A stretch of 62,436 bases of DNA, counting the filler, from Sanchytrium tribonematis (Eukaryota), in the NCBI GenBank assembly GCA_018985235.1. It is 6 parts of 6 records of this genome, joined end to end, with 100 filler letters (N's around TTAATTAATTAA, not from the genome) between each part and the next. Parts side by side here need not be neighbours in the genome. Positions count along the whole stretch, not along the records: positions 1 to 30,760 come from JADGIG010000052.1; positions 30,861 to 37,110 come from JADGIG010000539.1; 4 more parts are not named here. One strand, written 5' to 3'. The stretch's first letter is position 1. Each line of letters begins with the position of its first letter. This document shows, piece by piece, positions 24,965-36,301 of the stretch. The notes under the pieces are model-generated. The model made no database searches. It was not told the origin of the DNA and saw only the letters and a program-made list of their open reading frames with translations. A program made the position numbers and the translations under genes.

Positions 24965-26137
24965 TTATAGCAATTTAAAAGTTTTTTTGGAATACTGGAA
25001 ATGATAGAAAATTGGGTTTGCCATAGTCGCATTTTTTTCAATCTCATTCAATGGATATATAACAGCTACCTTGTTTTGAATAATAGCATATCCAAAATTA
25101 AAGTTATCAAGACATGTTCGATATTCTGTATGGACCCAAGTAGTGCAATTTTTTCCATTTTCGAGTGATAAGGCCCGTGTCTCAATTCTATTTTTAGCAT
25201 TCAGATCTATGATGGGTAATTTGTTCTCCGAATAATAGTCAGCACATTTTAGTAAGTTTTCAGATAAGCTAATTTTATCGCAAAACCAATCCGCACTTTG
25301 GAAGGGTAGCATTAAGACAGAATATCTACTATTAAACATAAATAAAGAATAAAGACCTTCTTCGGCATAGAATGTATCTGATTGATACATTGCAATAAAG
25401 TAATCCTTAGGTATGGCGTATCGAAATGACGTGACAACATCAAAAGAATTTTTGAAAATTGTAAATTGACCCCGTAAATAAAGGGAATCAGAGTCAATCC
25501 CGCTCAGAGTTATAACATCATAATTGAAATCCAAAAAATTATCAAGCATTCGCGAACTACTCCAGACAGTATCAAAATCTGCCCAACCCACGTATTTATA
25601 ATCTCTTAGGTAATCTTCAAAAGCAAATGAAAAAAATGGGCGAAATTCACATAAGCGTATAGGTTCCAGTAATCTCTTTCTCAAAATGGCAGTGATTAAA
25701 GAATTTTCTTCATCGTTGCAATTATAAACTGAACAAAGTTTTTCAGCCATTAGATTCTCAAAATCAACGTTTAATTTTAGCTGTATTATATTTGAATAAG
25801 ATTCATTAAACAAAGATCTATTATCTAAAGATATAAAAATTGCATCAAAATTTGTATTGTTAAATGTTTTAAAAAATGCTTCCGAATATTTTGGAAGATC
25901 CTTTCCCACGGGAAAAATCAAAGCAACCTTGTTGTTGCTCTCCGGAAATAATCCGCTTCGACCTTCATAATTGTTTCTATAGTTGATTGAAATGTAAAAC
26001 AAAATGAAGACTATGACTATGAGTATGTTCATTAAACGAAACGAGGACTTTATCTTAATCAAAAAGCTTTTTGGCTTTTTCGACTTTCTGCTCTTTCGGG
26101 TTATAAATTCACTATCGTTCAAATCTTCATAATACAT
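24965..26137 (-). CDS. Type II membrane putative glycosyltransferase (DUF6625-like)
   Basis: One N-terminal TM helix; LCEFRPFFSFAFEDYLRDYKYVGWADFDTVW with DxD; LRGQFTIFKN; C-terminal YHFQ. Confidence 0.65.
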   Translation of the reverse strand: MYYEDLNDSEFITRKSRKSKKPKSFLIKIKSSFRLMNILIVIVFILFYISINYRNNYEGRSGLFPESNNKVALIFPVGKDLPKYSEAFFKTFNNTNFDAIFISLDNRSLFNESYSNIIQLKLNVDFENLMAEKLCSVYNCNDEENSLITAILRKRLLEPIRLCEFRPFFSFAFEDYLRDYKYVGWADFDTVWSSSRMLDNFLDFNYDVITLSGIDSDSLYLRGQFTIFKNSFDVVTSFRYAIPKDYFIAMYQSDTFYAEEGLYSLFMFNSRYSVLMLPFQSADWFCDKISLSENLLKCADYYSENKLPIIDLNAKNRIETRALSLENGKNCTTWVHTEYRTCLDNFNFGYAIIQNKVAVIYPLNEIEKNATMANPIFYHFQYSKKTFKLL

Positions 26138-26199
26138 TGTACAACGTTGTTTTAGACTCCCCTAGTATAATATTGATAATACCTTAAATTTTAAAATAT

Positions 26200-27225
26200 T
26201 TATTGGACATGTGGGTGGGAGGGCGTAGTAGGGCTAGCTCTATCTTTTGGTGCTTTAGACCGTTGATAGACGTACAGTCCAAGAAATGTCAACAGAAATC
26301 CAAACCCTTGAATCATTTGAAATTTTTGATTAAACCAGATAAAAGAACCACCTATTACCACTATTCTTTTAAAAAGCGATGCTATGGAATAAGATACAGG
26401 CGAAACTTGATCTATTATGGTGAAAGCAACTAAAGATTGCAAAGTGTGCATGGTTCCAACCATAAATGATAAAAATATAAATTTTGTAAGAACAATATCA
26501 GCTTTAATTGCTTGTACATATTCCAATGTATATAGCCAGTAAGGAATCAGGGCGATGCAAGAAACAAAACAAGAGTAATACATCACATTGAGCTTGTCTA
26601 ATTTCATGGCAGTGTGGTCAATAATATCATGTACTGTATGTATTAGCTCCAGAAATATGGTTATCAGATTGTGTTTGAATGATACATAATTGGTCAATAA
26701 TATTTTCCTTGGATGTCTTTTTGAATCAAATAAATGCTTGTAAAATATATTTTGCAAAACAAATATAACAGTTGAAGTTAATGCAGTTATAAGGCCAAAA
26801 ATTTTAAAATCTAGTTCTGTGGCACAAACCAGCATCACTCCACCCATTAGCGGGATCAATGATAAATATAGTTGTTTTGAAAATGATTCACCCAACATTC
26901 TACAGAGAATGACGGTGAATAAAGGCGTAGTTGCTTTGATAGTATGAACAAATGAGACTGTTGCGTATTCTAATGCCAAATTTGTAGTAATATGCCCCAG
27001 TACTTGTAAAGTAGATATCGGTAGCATGCATATAATGATATGCCACGATATACTTTTTATGATTTTCTTTTTGCTATTAATGAGTTGCATTATGATCAGT
27101 AGAGTCAAAAATTTTACAAGTACCACAGAAACTGGAAATGGAAAGACTGTCATCAACTGCTTGTTGAAATTATTTGTTAAGGATGATGAAGTATACCATA
27201 ACAAGCATAATATAATAAAGTGCAT
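26200..27225 (-). CDS. TPT/nucleotide-sugar transporter family (SLC35E1-like)
   Basis: LCLLWYTSS, VSFVHTIKATTPLFTV, LSLIPLMGGV, VSPVSYSIASLFKRIVVI; ~10 TM segments. Confidence 0.9.
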   Translation of the reverse strand: MHFIILCLLWYTSSSLTNNFNKQLMTVFPFPVSVVLVKFLTLLIIMQLINSKKKIIKSISWHIIICMLPISTLQVLGHITTNLALEYATVSFVHTIKATTPLFTVILCRMLGESFSKQLYLSLIPLMGGVMLVCATELDFKIFGLITALTSTVIFVLQNIFYKHLFDSKRHPRKILLTNYVSFKHNLITIFLELIHTVHDIIDHTAMKLDKLNVMYYSCFVSCIALIPYWLYTLEYVQAIKADIVLTKFIFLSFMVGTMHTLQSLVAFTIIDQVSPVSYSIASLFKRIVVIGGSFIWFNQKFQMIQGFGFLLTFLGLYVYQRSKAPKDRASPTTPSHPHVQ

Positions 27226-27300
27226 GAAATTGACAAATCAAGCCAGAAGTTGTTTCACTGAAAATAATTTTCAGGGAATATTTCAAACTTGGAGCTTGTT

Positions 27301-27993
27301 ATGGTGTGGTATCTTGCTTACGGCTCAAATATGAATAAGGATATTTTAATAGGTCGAAGAAAAATTAACCCGACTGATTCCAGGAATGTAATAATTCACG
27401 ATTACCAATTGTCTTTTAATGTGCCAGGCATTCCATTTATCGAGCCAAGTTTTGCAAGCATTCTACCTCGAAAAGGATGCTTGTTGCATGGTGTCGCATT
27501 TGAAATTTCTGAGAAAGACTTTCTTAAGATTCAACATAGTGAAGGTGGTCAAGGAATCCGTGGTATCAGCTATCAGCCTATAGAAATTGAGGCTGAATCA
27601 TATGATGGCAAGAAATTTGTTGTTAGAACTTTGTATTACTCCTGCAGTATCTTTCCGAATATCAAAGAATTTCATCCATCAAAGAGATACTTAAATCTGA
27701 TAATCGAAGGCGCCAAACAAAACAAATTGGATAGCCATTATTTACAGATGCTTGAGAATTTAGAATACTACGAAACTAATGATTTATACGGCAATATGGC
27801 GAAATATTTATTCGCGATTCCATCACTTTCCTTGGCTCCATTCTTGCTAAGCTATTTTATTTTAGCGAAGTACTTTCATTATCGCGTGAATACTCTCATA
27901 TTTGTTGCACATTACATCCAATACTTCTTATATCTGTTTCATGACTTGATCTTTAGCAAGATATTCCCGTCTGGTCTAGTTGTCCACAAATAA
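27301..27993 (+). CDS. Gamma-glutamylcyclotransferase-like protein with C-terminal TM helices (GliK-like)
   Basis: WYLAYGSNM, LHGVAFEI, SEGG, PSKRYLNLIIEGAKQNKLDSHY. Confidence 0.85.
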   Translation: MVWYLAYGSNMNKDILIGRRKINPTDSRNVIIHDYQLSFNVPGIPFIEPSFASILPRKGCLLHGVAFEISEKDFLKIQHSEGGQGIRGISYQPIEIEAESYDGKKFVVRTLYYSCSIFPNIKEFHPSKRYLNLIIEGAKQNKLDSHYLQMLENLEYYETNDLYGNMAKYLFAIPSLSLAPFLLSYFILAKYFHYRVNTLIFVAHYIQYFLYLFHDLIFSKIFPSGLVVHK

Positions 27994-28095
27994 ATTCCGT
28001 AAAATATACATTGTATCAGTAATCAATTTTGCCCAATCAAATTGCGAAAATCCTATATTTTATAGAAATTATTCAGTTCTCCACCGTCTTTAAAA

Positions 28096-29001
28096 ATGAC
28101 ATTTGTCCCGCTATTTGAAATTAAGCCAATGGTGCAAGCAGAAAAAAATATATTTACGCAGTCAATTTCTTGGCTAGAAGCTATTTCGAATGGTATAATA
28201 ACCCGCAAAGTAGCTCAAAGGCCATCTCAGAATAGGAATTTTGCTGACTCTAAAAATGCCCTGAGTAGCCCTCAAACTCTATTTGAAGCTCATTGTTTAC
28301 AAGAAGAGGAATTTGACAGCAGCTTCAGAATTCAATTTACTGATTTAAGGGAGATGGATCGATGGTTCATGCAATTAAATAGATACAAAATAGCCAAGCT
28401 ATCTGGATATGTTGGAGATGGGGTAACTTTAAATGGCGATGCATTGAAATTCGAACAACGACGATCCAAGCAAGTTGACAGACACTTTAGAATCCACCAA
28501 TTAGTTCAAGAGAGAGAAAACAATCAAGGCAAATTGAGTGCAACATTTTTTATCCCAGAAGAGGAAACCAAATATGATTACCAAAGAATTTTCACTACTG
28601 TGGCATACTCAAACATTTGCAATAACAACAAATTATCAATTAAAATCAAGAAAATTGATATGACATTAAGCCGAGCAATGAAAGAGGTTGGATTTACGGA
28701 TGAGAATATCCCGGTCTCTAAATCACTATCAAGAAGTCAGAGTGAATGCTTTAATACAGGTGAAATGGCATTGTTCAAAAAAACGAAAAGCTTGTCCAAT
28801 TTGAAAAGCACGGATAATGACCGATTTATTGCGTTGAGCAGATCTGACTTATGCCCTAAGACAATGGCAGAATTTCTCTTAAATACGTGCCTATCCGTTA
28901 GACCAGCTCGCTTGAACATCAAACTTACAAAATGGCAAAAGTTCAAATCATTATTCAAATTCTTTTCGCAAGGAAAGTTCACCAGAAAACACCATAAGTG
29001 A
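28096..29001 (+). CDS. Hypothetical protein, 301 aa
   Basis: Long ATG-initiated ORF in AT-rich DNA, AATAAA right after the stop; no recognised motif. Confidence 0.6.
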   Translation: MTFVPLFEIKPMVQAEKNIFTQSISWLEAISNGIITRKVAQRPSQNRNFADSKNALSSPQTLFEAHCLQEEEFDSSFRIQFTDLREMDRWFMQLNRYKIAKLSGYVGDGVTLNGDALKFEQRRSKQVDRHFRIHQLVQERENNQGKLSATFFIPEEETKYDYQRIFTTVAYSNICNNNKLSIKIKKIDMTLSRAMKEVGFTDENIPVSKSLSRSQSECFNTGEMALFKKTKSLSNLKSTDNDRFIALSRSDLCPKTMAEFLLNTCLSVRPARLNIKLTKWQKFKSLFKFFSQGKFTRKHHK

Positions 29002-29537
29002 AATAAATAAAGATTAATTTTAAGGACTCGCATTTCTCCAATATATTAACTGATCCAGTCATTTCTTGTAGGTTAGAAACATGAATTAAATTTGCAATGA
29101 ACCATCGTTGCGAATCTAAATTAATTATGGCCAGTTTTTAAATTTCGTTTTCAAGAGTGTAATTGTAATCGTCTGACTAATTAGTTTGTGCCAATGAAAG
29201 CACCGTAAAATTTAAATTTGTTCCAATCAGATAACGCAAATGTGACTAAAGGGAATAAAAAGAAGCTTTGATCCAGACTACCCCACATGAGTTCTACAGA
29301 ATCAAAAAGTAAGATAAATGATAAATCAATGGACAGGAACCAAAAGATCGTTTATGAAAATTATTTTATACTGACTAATTAATAAATCTATTTCTAGGAT
29401 TTTTTAATCCTTCATGTGGCGCGTGTCTGGATTCGCTGCCGTAACTTCTATATTGGATGACTAAAATCACTGCTTTGCTCCATTATCAAAATAAGTAGTT
29501 CAATTTCATCAACTTGAGATGAGAGTTGTCTTTGTGA

Positions 29538-30760
29538 ATGTATCTCACTTTTATGAGTAATTCAATACGCTATTGCTTGATAATAAGTCAATTGGGAATA
29601 TTTACTGGTAGATGTATTCCACCTGTGGCTACAAATATCACTATTGGAATTGGATTTGTCAAAATTAGCAATGCTAATGTTTGCATGACAAATATAAACT
29701 CGGTACTTAATGGTACATTGTGCGACTTTAGCCAAAATCAGTGGGATGTAACTTTTATCTCCAATTCATATAAGATATTCCAATCTGGGTGCTGCCTAAC
29801 CACTCAACTTTTAATGAATTGCGTAGATTCAACTCAGTGTACTTGGATAAGCTCAAATTCTTTAGATTCCATTGCCCTCAAGAGTACACCACTAGATGTT
29901 AAATATACGGAGTTTTCTATTAGAGGAATGGCCTCTTTAAGTTATTCTGGTTACGCGTGGCCAGTTTATTTTCAAAATACATACATCTTGTTTGTATGCT
30001 TTTACACGACAACTTCGCTGTGCTCTTCTATTCCGAATTACCTTGCTCCCTATCCAGTTGCCATGACTCCGGGATCTTTCAATTCACAGTTAATTACAAT
30101 TTTTCAAACAGGTACAACATTTCAGATTGAAGATGTGAGAAGTGGCACCTGTGTTGTATCAAGTCCTGACTGCTCAGCGAAGTTTACTGACTTTACTCAA
30201 TATACACCTACAGGCACTGAAAATCTCGTGATGTTTGCGACTGGTGTGTCCGCTATTCCATATTTATGTCTGGGCTACAAACTTCATAATATGTCTATAA
30301 CAGTAACGAATTGCCTAAGTAAGAATATGAATACTGTGAGATCCAGTTTTGTAAGTAGTTCGAGTTATAACATGTATTTAGGAAACACAACTTACAAATT
30401 TGGATTAGACAGTAATGCTAAGCCCTATATTACTACGGCTGGTCTTATAAGTAGTCAATTTGGAATTAGAATTCCTAGTGGGCAAACCAAATTTTTTATT
30501 AAAGCTAGCACTGGATGTTTGAAGCTCTCCACCACTACTTTAATTTGGGGATTTACTTATACCTGTTCTAGCAGCTTAAACACGGCGACTTTAATATCAA
30601 TTTCATTTGTAATTTCTGAAATTTCCGCAAGTTTAATTAACGTTCCAGTTTCGATTCAAAATATCAATTGTTTGGGTCAATTGAATTTGTCAATTGTTAG
30701 CGGTGCTTGTAGCAATTCAAAATTATGGGAAATCATTCCATCAATGGGAGAAGATGTTAG
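29538..30760 (+). CDS. Cys/Ser/Thr-rich, probably extracellular protein, truncated by contig end
   Basis: >400 open codons; recurring xCL/GCL...W spacing loosely like beta-trefoil repeats; start uncertain. Confidence 0.5.
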
Positions 30761-30860
30761 NNNNNNNNNNNNNNNNNNNNNNNNNNNNNNNNNNNNNNNN
30801 NNNNTTAATTAATTAANNNNNNNNNNNNNNNNNNNNNNNNNNNNNNNNNNNNNNNNNNNN
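30761..30860. other. Artificial contig spacer (44 N + TTAATTAATTAA + 44 N)
   Basis: The same 100-nt six-frame-stop linker recurs at 37111-37210, 43451-43550, 49782-49881 and 56113-56212. Confidence 0.99.
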
Positions 30861-30873
30861 TGGATTAAAGAGA

Positions 30874-31203
30874 ATGAATTTTTTTATTAACGCATTTACT
30901 AAAACTAGTGAGCCAAGATACAGAATGCTGGAATTACGAACAATGACACGAAACCCAGCTGAACTTTGGCGTAGAATTATAGGAGCAGTCTTGTTAATTG
31001 GAGGGATGTGCATGCTTATATACAAGAATATATTTGGCATTATGGTAATGATTGCTGGAACAGTATTCTGGTTGCGAGACTTAACGCCCAATCAAGCACA
31101 ACCTCCAGCAATAGAGGCAATTCCACCGGAAAATCGAATTGGTCCTGCTGATAATAGTATAATACGAGCCAGAAGTCCAGGATCGGAATTAATTTGGGAT
31201 TAA
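30874..31203 (+). CDS. Small two-TM orphan protein, tandem paralog 1
   Basis: KTSEPRYRMLE, ELWRRIIG, GTVFWL, ENRIGP, RARSPGSEL shared with 31321-31644. Confidence 0.75.
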   Translation: MNFFINAFTKTSEPRYRMLELRTMTRNPAELWRRIIGAVLLIGGMCMLIYKNIFGIMVMIAGTVFWLRDLTPNQAQPPAIEAIPPENRIGPADNSIIRARSPGSELIWD

Positions 31204-31320
31204 AATAAATCAAATAATTTATAGCATTCTTATTGCAAAACCTCATCAAACTGACGACACACATTTGATTGGTCACTTATTAATCATTGTTCAATAAAAG
31301 GCTATATCGGATTAAAGAGA

Positions 31321-31644
31321 ATGGATTTTTTCAGTGACGTACTTTCTAAAACAAGTGAGCCAAGGTACAGAATGCTGGAAATACGAGCAATAAGACAAAA
31401 TCCAATTGAACTTTGGCGCAGAATTATAGGGGTGGTCTTGTTAATGGGAGGCCTTCGCATGGTTTTTTATATGAATATATCTGGAGGTGGCCTACTATTA
31501 ATTTTTGGAACGGTATTCTGGTTGCAAGACATACTGCCCAATCGAGCACAACCTCCAATAGAGGCTATTCCACTGGAAAATCGGATTGGTCCTACTGGTA
31601 ATTTGCGAGCCAGAAGTCCAGGATCGGAATTAGATTTGGATTAA
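31321..31644 (+). CDS. Small two-TM orphan protein, tandem paralog 2
   Basis: As above; upstream ggattaaagagaATG shared; indels between copies preserve frame. Confidence 0.75.
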   Translation: MDFFSDVLSKTSEPRYRMLEIRAIRQNPIELWRRIIGVVLLMGGLRMVFYMNISGGGLLLIFGTVFWLQDILPNRAQPPIEAIPLENRIGPTGNLRARSPGSELDLD

Positions 31645-31709
31645 AGTAAATAATGTAATAAATTTCAATTGCATATTGTTCATTTTGGGTCCAAATTATT
31701 TATTGAAAA

Positions 31710-33542
31710 TCAATTCTTGACAGTTGAGTCTTTCTGTTGTTCCCCATACTGCTGCAATCTTTGTTCCCAAGTTGCCACATTCAAATTCAAATCAACACTC
31801 ATCTCATAAATTAATTCTAACAATTCGAGAGATTCTTCATTTTCCACCCCACTTATCGCAACATGATATGCATCCAGATAATGTCCGCACAATTTCATGC
31901 TATTTGCATATAAATAATAATATCTAGCACTTGGCTGCAAATCAACTAAAATGGAATAAAAATGTTTTGATTTTTCAAACAAGGCTTGTTCCTGGTAATA
32001 TTCTCCCAAATAATTTAATACCCCAATATGACAAGGATCATACCGATATGCCTCAAGCACCATCTGGACATTGTTTAATTTCACACCCAAGTCAAATAAA
32101 ATCGAGGCATCTGTTGGACACAAAGAGAGTAAAATATTGCCGTATTCTTTCAATTTTGTGGGATCACAGTGCTTCACTAAATGATACATGGCCTCATGGT
32201 TCAAATGATGAATCTGGAATAACTTTTCAAACCATTTAAATCCTTCAGATTGTTTTGTGAATGCCAAATTATGCAATGCGGGTATACAAAGTGCATCACT
32301 GTTAAGCGCACGTTGAAAATAGTCCATCGCTTTTAATAATTCTCCTTTTTCGTAGCAAATACAGCCCATATTTACCAGAGCCTTGGAATTGTATTTATCT
32401 TTAGAAAGAACCATTGAGCAGTATTTCTCAGCATTCTGTAAATCTTTTTGCATTAAATATATAAATGAAAGATTAATAGAAGCAGCGCTCTTTAGCCTTT
32501 GTTCTTTCAGCTCAAATGATTTGTATAATTCAATAGCATCTTGCGATTTCTTTAAAATGAGCAATTGCCAGCATTTTAAAAGTTCCAAAGCATTTGTTAA
32601 ATAATTGTGGGGACTATTTTTAACAATATCTATGCAACCATCGAGACATTCTAACAATAAATAGTCCAAGTTGGGAATTAAACTCAACTGTAATTTCACT
32701 GCAAATAATACTAATTTCTCAAATTGGTTGCATTTGGATTGACAATAATCACTTAAATCATCGTTTTTGTTTATAAGCAACCGATTAAATTCCAAATCAG
32801 GATCTGTTTGAACTAATATTTCCTTGAAAAGTGATTTGATTTTAGCATGAGCATTGGTTTTGGAATAACAAATAAATAGCTCATATGCAGCTTGTATATC
32901 AAATTTAAGAGATAAAACAGACTGGTAATCTTCAATAGCTTTGTCTAATTGGTTTAAATGAATTCGATTTTGAGCAATACTTTTCAAGCAACAAATTTTA
33001 TATTCAGTTATTTGTAATTTGTCATGAGCCATTTGATAATACTTGACACTTTTTAAGTAGTCTTGCATTTTATAAAAATTGTGACCAATGTTCATTAGAA
33101 ATCGATCTGGAAGCGGCCCGTATTTGTTTTGAACAATATCTTGATAAACACTGTTTGATTCTGAGTACTCATGTACATATTCGTATTGAATAGCCAATTG
33201 TAAGAGCACTTGTAATATCAACTCATTTGTAGGTGCTTTGAGTTTCCCCATTTCTTGAATCAAATCATACGCAGTCTTCGCTTTCTTTAAATCTTGTGAT
33301 ATATACAACTCATTTAAAATCATTTGAATGTCTGATTCTAGCTTTGAATATGGGTCTATTTCTTTTATAGGGCTAGATACTCTGGATTGTCTCTGAGATT
33401 GAAATCCTGCTCCTTTCAAGGCTGTAGTGGGCCTACCAGTTGTTATTTTGCCTGATCTTCTAGATGATACTCCAAAGTCACTACTTGTAGCACTGGCTTG
33501 TTTATTGGCAGTTTTAATTCTTCCAAATTGAGAATAGTCCAT
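31710..33542 (-). CDS. IFT88: Intraflagellar transport protein 88 (divergent, shortened TPR protein)
   Basis: GRPTTALKGAGF, SAASINLSFIY, DKYNSKALVNMGC...ALNSDALCIPALHNL, EAYRYDPCHIGVLNYLG match IFT88 motifs. Confidence 0.8.
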   Translation of the reverse strand: MDYSQFGRIKTANKQASATSSDFGVSSRRSGKITTGRPTTALKGAGFQSQRQSRVSSPIKEIDPYSKLESDIQMILNELYISQDLKKAKTAYDLIQEMGKLKAPTNELILQVLLQLAIQYEYVHEYSESNSVYQDIVQNKYGPLPDRFLMNIGHNFYKMQDYLKSVKYYQMAHDKLQITEYKICCLKSIAQNRIHLNQLDKAIEDYQSVLSLKFDIQAAYELFICYSKTNAHAKIKSLFKEILVQTDPDLEFNRLLINKNDDLSDYCQSKCNQFEKLVLFAVKLQLSLIPNLDYLLLECLDGCIDIVKNSPHNYLTNALELLKCWQLLILKKSQDAIELYKSFELKEQRLKSAASINLSFIYLMQKDLQNAEKYCSMVLSKDKYNSKALVNMGCICYEKGELLKAMDYFQRALNSDALCIPALHNLAFTKQSEGFKWFEKLFQIHHLNHEAMYHLVKHCDPTKLKEYGNILLSLCPTDASILFDLGVKLNNVQMVLEAYRYDPCHIGVLNYLGEYYQEQALFEKSKHFYSILVDLQPSARYYYLYANSMKLCGHYLDAYHVAISGVENEESLELLELIYEMSVDLNLNVATWEQRLQQYGEQQKDSTVKN

Positions 33543-34569
33543 TTATACGTTTCAGGGGAGCTCGTTTTACGAGAGGCATTATGTGGGACAGGCTCTGTGG
33601 TAACGAGTGTGGTCAAACCTTTTGAAAAGCAAGACAAGATTTTAAAGACCGCTCCTCCAAGTTTACTCCTGTCAAGGAAATTTTCAACCGTACCGTTTAT
33701 ACACTTGAAAGACCTTTACACTGTAAAAGCTAGATCAGGGTAATTTCATGTCATTCACTTCATGTAAGCTAGATTTTGTAATTCTTTTTAATTAATTTAT
33801 TTTTTCAACTCTATGAAAGTTTTAGTTTACGGCATATCAACACAAATAAATGTCGTCTTATCCATGTTTATAAAGCAAATTTAATTATTTTAACTCTAAA
33901 GATTTAAATTCATAAAATAAAACTTGTGGAGCAGTCTTATCAACCAAAACTACACCAATTTATGACGGAAATCACGCCATTCATGCATACGACTCCAGTC
34001 ATTATGCCAGTTCAGCACTGGGTATTAAAGTGTTTACCCATCCGGGAAATTGAATATTTCGACCAAATAACCTGTGCAATTCCCCGGGGGGAATTGAATA
34101 GATTTTAGATAATATTTTTTGTAACAAACATATGGCAAACAAAAAGCAGACACCGGCAAAGATTAAAACATCTTGTAACTGGGTACAGAAATCCATTAAG
34201 CCAATAAAAAGTTGGATGAGAGTTACGAGAAGACACTAGAAGCTTCTATTAGTTATATAAGGAAATTTTTCCCCAAATAAATACGTTCTTTACAAATATG
34301 ATCTATTTATGGATTTAATTGAATACGATGATAGTGGTAGAAGTCAAGTAAGTGACTTGGATCAACTCAACAGTGTAATTAAATGAGACATCTGAAACCA
34401 AGTCAGGATGGTCCGAGGAAGCTGATGAAGCATTTTATGAGAGTTATAATTGTTTAGTAGGATTGCTGGTAGAGTTCTTACAGCTACAACACTAAAAAAA
34501 GTGAAAATAAATTTTTCATAAGCTGTACAATTATGTAAACCCTCTTTTTTTAATTTCAAAATCACTTTC

Positions 34570-35800
34570 ACATTCAAATTCTATCTCTTGATCCACTCAT
34601 TCCAAAAAGTCAAGTTTTTTTATCAAATTATTGAGGAAGATCGATCATCTAAAGAGATGTCCATACCACTATAGATTCGTCCAATTCAAGTCGGATACTA
34701 GCTCAATTACATTGCTTATTTGAATTTGATTTTTTTGTTTTTTCTTGAATTTGAATTATTGTAGGGATACTTAATGACTTTTGGGTCATTACAACAAAAT
34801 CCTCCCATCGGTCAAATTCACATCTTTTGATTGCAAGTGCTTTAAAACGCAAAAAAGATCTTTTAATTTTGGAATCAAACTTTCTAGCTCCAATTCTTCA
34901 ATCGGAGTTAATAGTAATGTACAATTGACTCATGCGGGCTTAAAAAAATGGTTTAAATTTATGCAATAAATAAATCTTGATCCTAACGTGTTTCACTCCG
35001 ACATATTGGCTTTAAACAGCCCCCTTGATTACCCAACCAACCAAAACAATTGGGCGTTCTTAGTTTTTTCATTAAAATATGAACCTTTATGAAATTCTAA
35101 TACGTTTTCTAACAAATTTCTATTATTTTTCATATTTTCTCGCACGGCTAAGCTCGTTCTATGGGAATAGCAACCTAGCATGGGTGTTTTAACCATCTTA
35201 CTAAAGCACCGGTTAGTATTGCAATTATCAAGAACATTCAATTTGACATTTGCCAAAGACTTGCCATATAAAGACAGTGTATTGAAAACATGATTATTTG
35301 CATTTTGGGTTTAAGGATCCTCAAAAACAGATATTGCAAGAAGATCAGGATCCCTTCCATCAAAATAAAGCACAAACATTCCAACATAATGATTATGGTA
35401 AGATTTTAAGCCATCAAAACAAATGCCAAATGCATCAGGTAAGCCATCTGCAATTTTTTTCTCTACGTGGGGTACCACCAACTCTATGTATTTCTTCAAT
35501 TTTTTTTAATGACGGGGTTTAAATTAGTACAACCACGTGCAAATTCAGATTCAACGAAAGTAAATGGCAAATTTTCAATGATTACCCATTTCATCCATTT
35601 GCATACATTTATTCCCTGCATGGGCGTCCAGATTTGTTCCATTAGAGGCCTGGAGTCAGAAAATGTTCGTTCCCAGCAACTTGGTTGCCCTAAACGGAGT
35701 CTCTAAGTAATATGAATCTAATTTAGATGCATGCCAATTGTTTAAGAGGTAGAATAAGTCCCCTTTCTCGAATTTATGACATATTTTGTTGTTTAATTGG
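34570..35800 (-). mobile_element. Degenerate hAT-like DNA transposase remnant
   Basis: Frame-broken pieces WMKWVIIENLPFTFVESE, KKYIELVVPHVEKKIADGLPDAFGICFDG...HYVGMF, DNCNTN...PMLGCYSHR (CxxH); boundaries approximate, no TIRs found. Confidence 0.7.
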
Positions 35801-36301
35801 TGAAACTGCTTATTTCAAGTGGCGTATGCTGATTCATTTGCCCTTTGCCTGAATTTTTCTAAGACTAAACTTATTGTTTCTCTCTTGAGTTACTGGATTA
35901 AAAGTCATTGCTAGAAGTGTTGTAGAGTTAATTCTATTGTTAGTACTTAGGATTGTCCAATGCAGGGACTCCATTTTTCTCCTATTGCCCTCTTGATGGG
36001 GAACCAAAAATTCCGTATATTCACATTGTTTGTTTGGTTCCTGGATCTACTGCTACCAGATTATCATGAGATAGTGTGACGATGGTGTCAACCATGTGAT
36101 TTAGAACGTAGATGAGAGCTTTCCCATTTGGTTTCCTCCTGTAAATGATGCTGTCTGTTTTCTCAATGTGTGGATTACGTAATTGGATCTTCTGGTGAAG
36201 TTCGAGATCTTTGTTTGTTCCAACTGACAGTCGATGCTTCGGCGACCTTTTAATTGAACGGATTTCATTTGGGACTCTTCTTTATCTGCGTGCTGTAAAG
36301 G

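Noticed and set aside
26634..26685. 52-nt GT..GCTAAT..CAG intron-like stretch in the TPT transporter
   Set aside because: Removal shifts the frame into a stop and loses the conserved C-terminal helices; the unspliced ORF is intact.
29540..29557. Possible 18-nt intron gtatctcacttttatgag at the start of the 29538 ORF
   Set aside because: Wrong length, GAG acceptor, and no homology evidence for an upstream exon.
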